Positions 62,885-64,000 of a stretch of DNA of 64,000 nt are shown here, in pieces. The position numbers were made by a program, and so were the translations under genes. Under the pieces are notes generated by a model. It did not search any database, was not told where the DNA came from, and worked only from the letters and a program-made list of their open reading frames with translations. Position 1 is the stretch's first letter, and each line of letters starts with the position of its first letter. The stretch comes from Micromonosporaceae bacterium (GTDB lineage Bacteria > Actinomycetota > Actinomycetes > Mycobacteriales > Micromonosporaceae): assembly GCA_035263025.1 (NCBI GenBank), contig DATFRR010000010.1, positions 10,456-74,455 of the forward strand. Reading direction: 5' to 3'.

Positions 62885-63427
62885 GTGACCGTGTTCGAGC
62901 CGGGCTGTGTGATCGACCGGCGTGAAGTGCTGCACGGGCTGCCGTGGCTCGTAGTGCCTGTTCAGGTCGTGCGCGACGATGGCGAAGAACTGGCCGTCTA
63001 CGTGGCCGAGGGAACGCCGTTCACGTTTCCCGATCATCCATTCGGTCGCCACCCGTGGAGTCAGCGCACGCGTTGGACGGACACCAGCGTGTTACAGGTG
63101 CACCGCGCGGGTGACGCGCACGCCGTGTGGGGCATGTACGAGCAGGGCGTCTTTGCCGGGTGGTATATCAACTTCCAAGCACCGCTACACCGATGGAGCG
63201 GCGGTTTCGACACGCTTGATCACGGCGTGGACATGTGGATGCCGAACGGCGCGAGCGAGTGGCAGTGGAAGGACCTCGAAGACGTAGCGCGGCTGGTGCA
63301 GGATGGCCGCATTACCGAGGACGAGGCTCGTGACGTGTGGTCCGAGACGGAACGCGTCGCTAGTTCACTGCGTCGCGGCGCTCGGTGGTGGCAGCACTGG
63401 GACGCGTGGAGTCCCGGCCATCGCTAG
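62885..63427 (+). CDS. DUF402-family protein (FomD-like nucleotide phosphatase fold)
   Basis: The sequence WYINFQAPL...FDTLDHGVDMWM...WQWKDLEDV...GRITEDEA is the DUF402 pattern. The start codon is GTG. Confidence 0.7.
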   Translation: MTVFEPGCVIDRREVLHGLPWLVVPVQVVRDDGEELAVYVAEGTPFTFPDHPFGRHPWSQRTRWTDTSVLQVHRAGDAHAVWGMYEQGVFAGWYINFQAPLHRWSGGFDTLDHGVDMWMPNGASEWQWKDLEDVARLVQDGRITEDEARDVWSETERVASSLRRGARWWQHWDAWSPGHR

Positions 63428-63945
63428 GTGTGAGTCGGCTTAGCCAGCAACGAAACCAAGTCAGACGTCGAGATGACGCCGCACGGCACTGCGGCGGCAT
63501 CCACCACCACGACCGCATCGGTGCCGGCTGCGTGCATCACGCGCGCCACATCGGCGAGCGTCGCGCGCATGCCGACCGTGCAACTCGACGCGCCCACAAC
63601 GTTCCTGACACGCACGCGCTCGAACGTCATCGGCACACGCGCCCACCATGAGGCGACCGCACGGTCGCTGAGCATCCCCAGGCAGCGCCCGTCGGCATCG
63701 ACCACGACCAGATGACGCACGCCGTACGCGGCGAACGTCTGCAACGCCATGGCGAGCGTCGCCTCGGCGTCCAGCGTGATCGGCGGACGACCCATCACCG
63801 CCGTCACCGGGCAGCCCGCCAGGTCCGCGCGCCGTAACGGAACGCGGTGATCATTGCGTACCAGCCGTCCCGAACCCGGACCGGCAGGCTCCGGCCGCAC
63901 CTGCGTCACAGCCATGACAACCTCCCACCGCATCGGCCGCGTCAT
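63424..63945 (-). CDS. CBS-domain pair protein
   Basis: There are two CBS-like units, VMGRPPITLDAEATLAMALQTFAAYGVRHLVVVDADGRCLGMLSDRAV and VVGASSCTVGMRATLADVARVMHAAGTDAVVVVDAAAVPCGVISTSDLV. The start is uncertain. Confidence 0.65.
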   Translation of the reverse strand: MTRPMRWEVVMAVTQVRPEPAGPGSGRLVRNDHRVPLRRADLAGCPVTAVMGRPPITLDAEATLAMALQTFAAYGVRHLVVVDADGRCLGMLSDRAVASWWARVPMTFERVRVRNVVGASSCTVGMRATLADVARVMHAAGTDAVVVVDAAAVPCGVISTSDLVSLLAKPTHT

Positions 63946-64000
63946 GCGGCCTCACCTCGACCATGCGCCGTCGACACGGCGTGGCCTCAGTGCCGCATGG

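Overview
High-GC actinobacterial chromosomal segment. Coding is dense on both strands, with about 60 protein genes, many joined by ATGA/GTGA stop-start overlaps. I found no rRNA, tRNA, CRISPR array, transposase or integrase.

Content from left to right:
- a truncated flavin monooxygenase
- an ECF sigma / anti-sigma pair
- assorted redox enzymes: a BBE-type FAD oxidase and two Zn-ADHs
- a BNR/Asp-box propeller coupled to a MoaD-like small protein ending in GG
- a cytoplasmic GH15, a DUF3800 protein, an M20 peptidase and a secreted GH3 beta-glucosidase
- a two-component system next to a lipoprotein / PG-binding adaptor / MacB-type ABC exporter
- a ferric-reductase (NOX-like) plus FMN-binding protein module with its own two-component system
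- a very large secreted GH15 glucodextranase-like enzyme
- a protein made of four tandem HTH modules
- an OsmC + two-flavoenzyme operon
- a wHTH / alpha-beta-hydrolase / degenerate-cyclase protein translationally coupled to a LuxR-ATPase-TPR protein
- a reductive pyrimidine catabolism pair (beta-ureidopropionase, dihydropyrimidinase) followed by an LLM-class oxidoreductase
- small housekeeping genes (MOSC, VOC, MmcQ)
- a GntR-acdS (ACC deaminase) operon
- cell-envelope proteases/peptidases and ppgK

The stand-out is the right end of the window, 53.2-63.4 kb:
- an Sfp/EntD-type phosphopantetheinyl transferase, divergent from the rest of the locus
- a stand-alone carrier-domain protein fused to a six-TM, triple hexapeptide-repeat membrane domain of the Pls/PosA (homopoly-amino-acid synthetase) type, with no adenylation domain
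- overlapping it, a half-condensation / adenylation / carrier NRPS whose specificity pocket looks cationic
- a SyrP/TauD-type dioxygenase
- SbnB and SbnA, which make L-2,3-diaminopropionate
- a DUF402 protein

I read this as a split, permuted Pls-like polymerising NRPS locus. The likely product is a Dap-derived, possibly hydroxylated, cationic polymer or oligomer. All function calls rest on my own reading of motifs in the translated ORFs. No database search was run.
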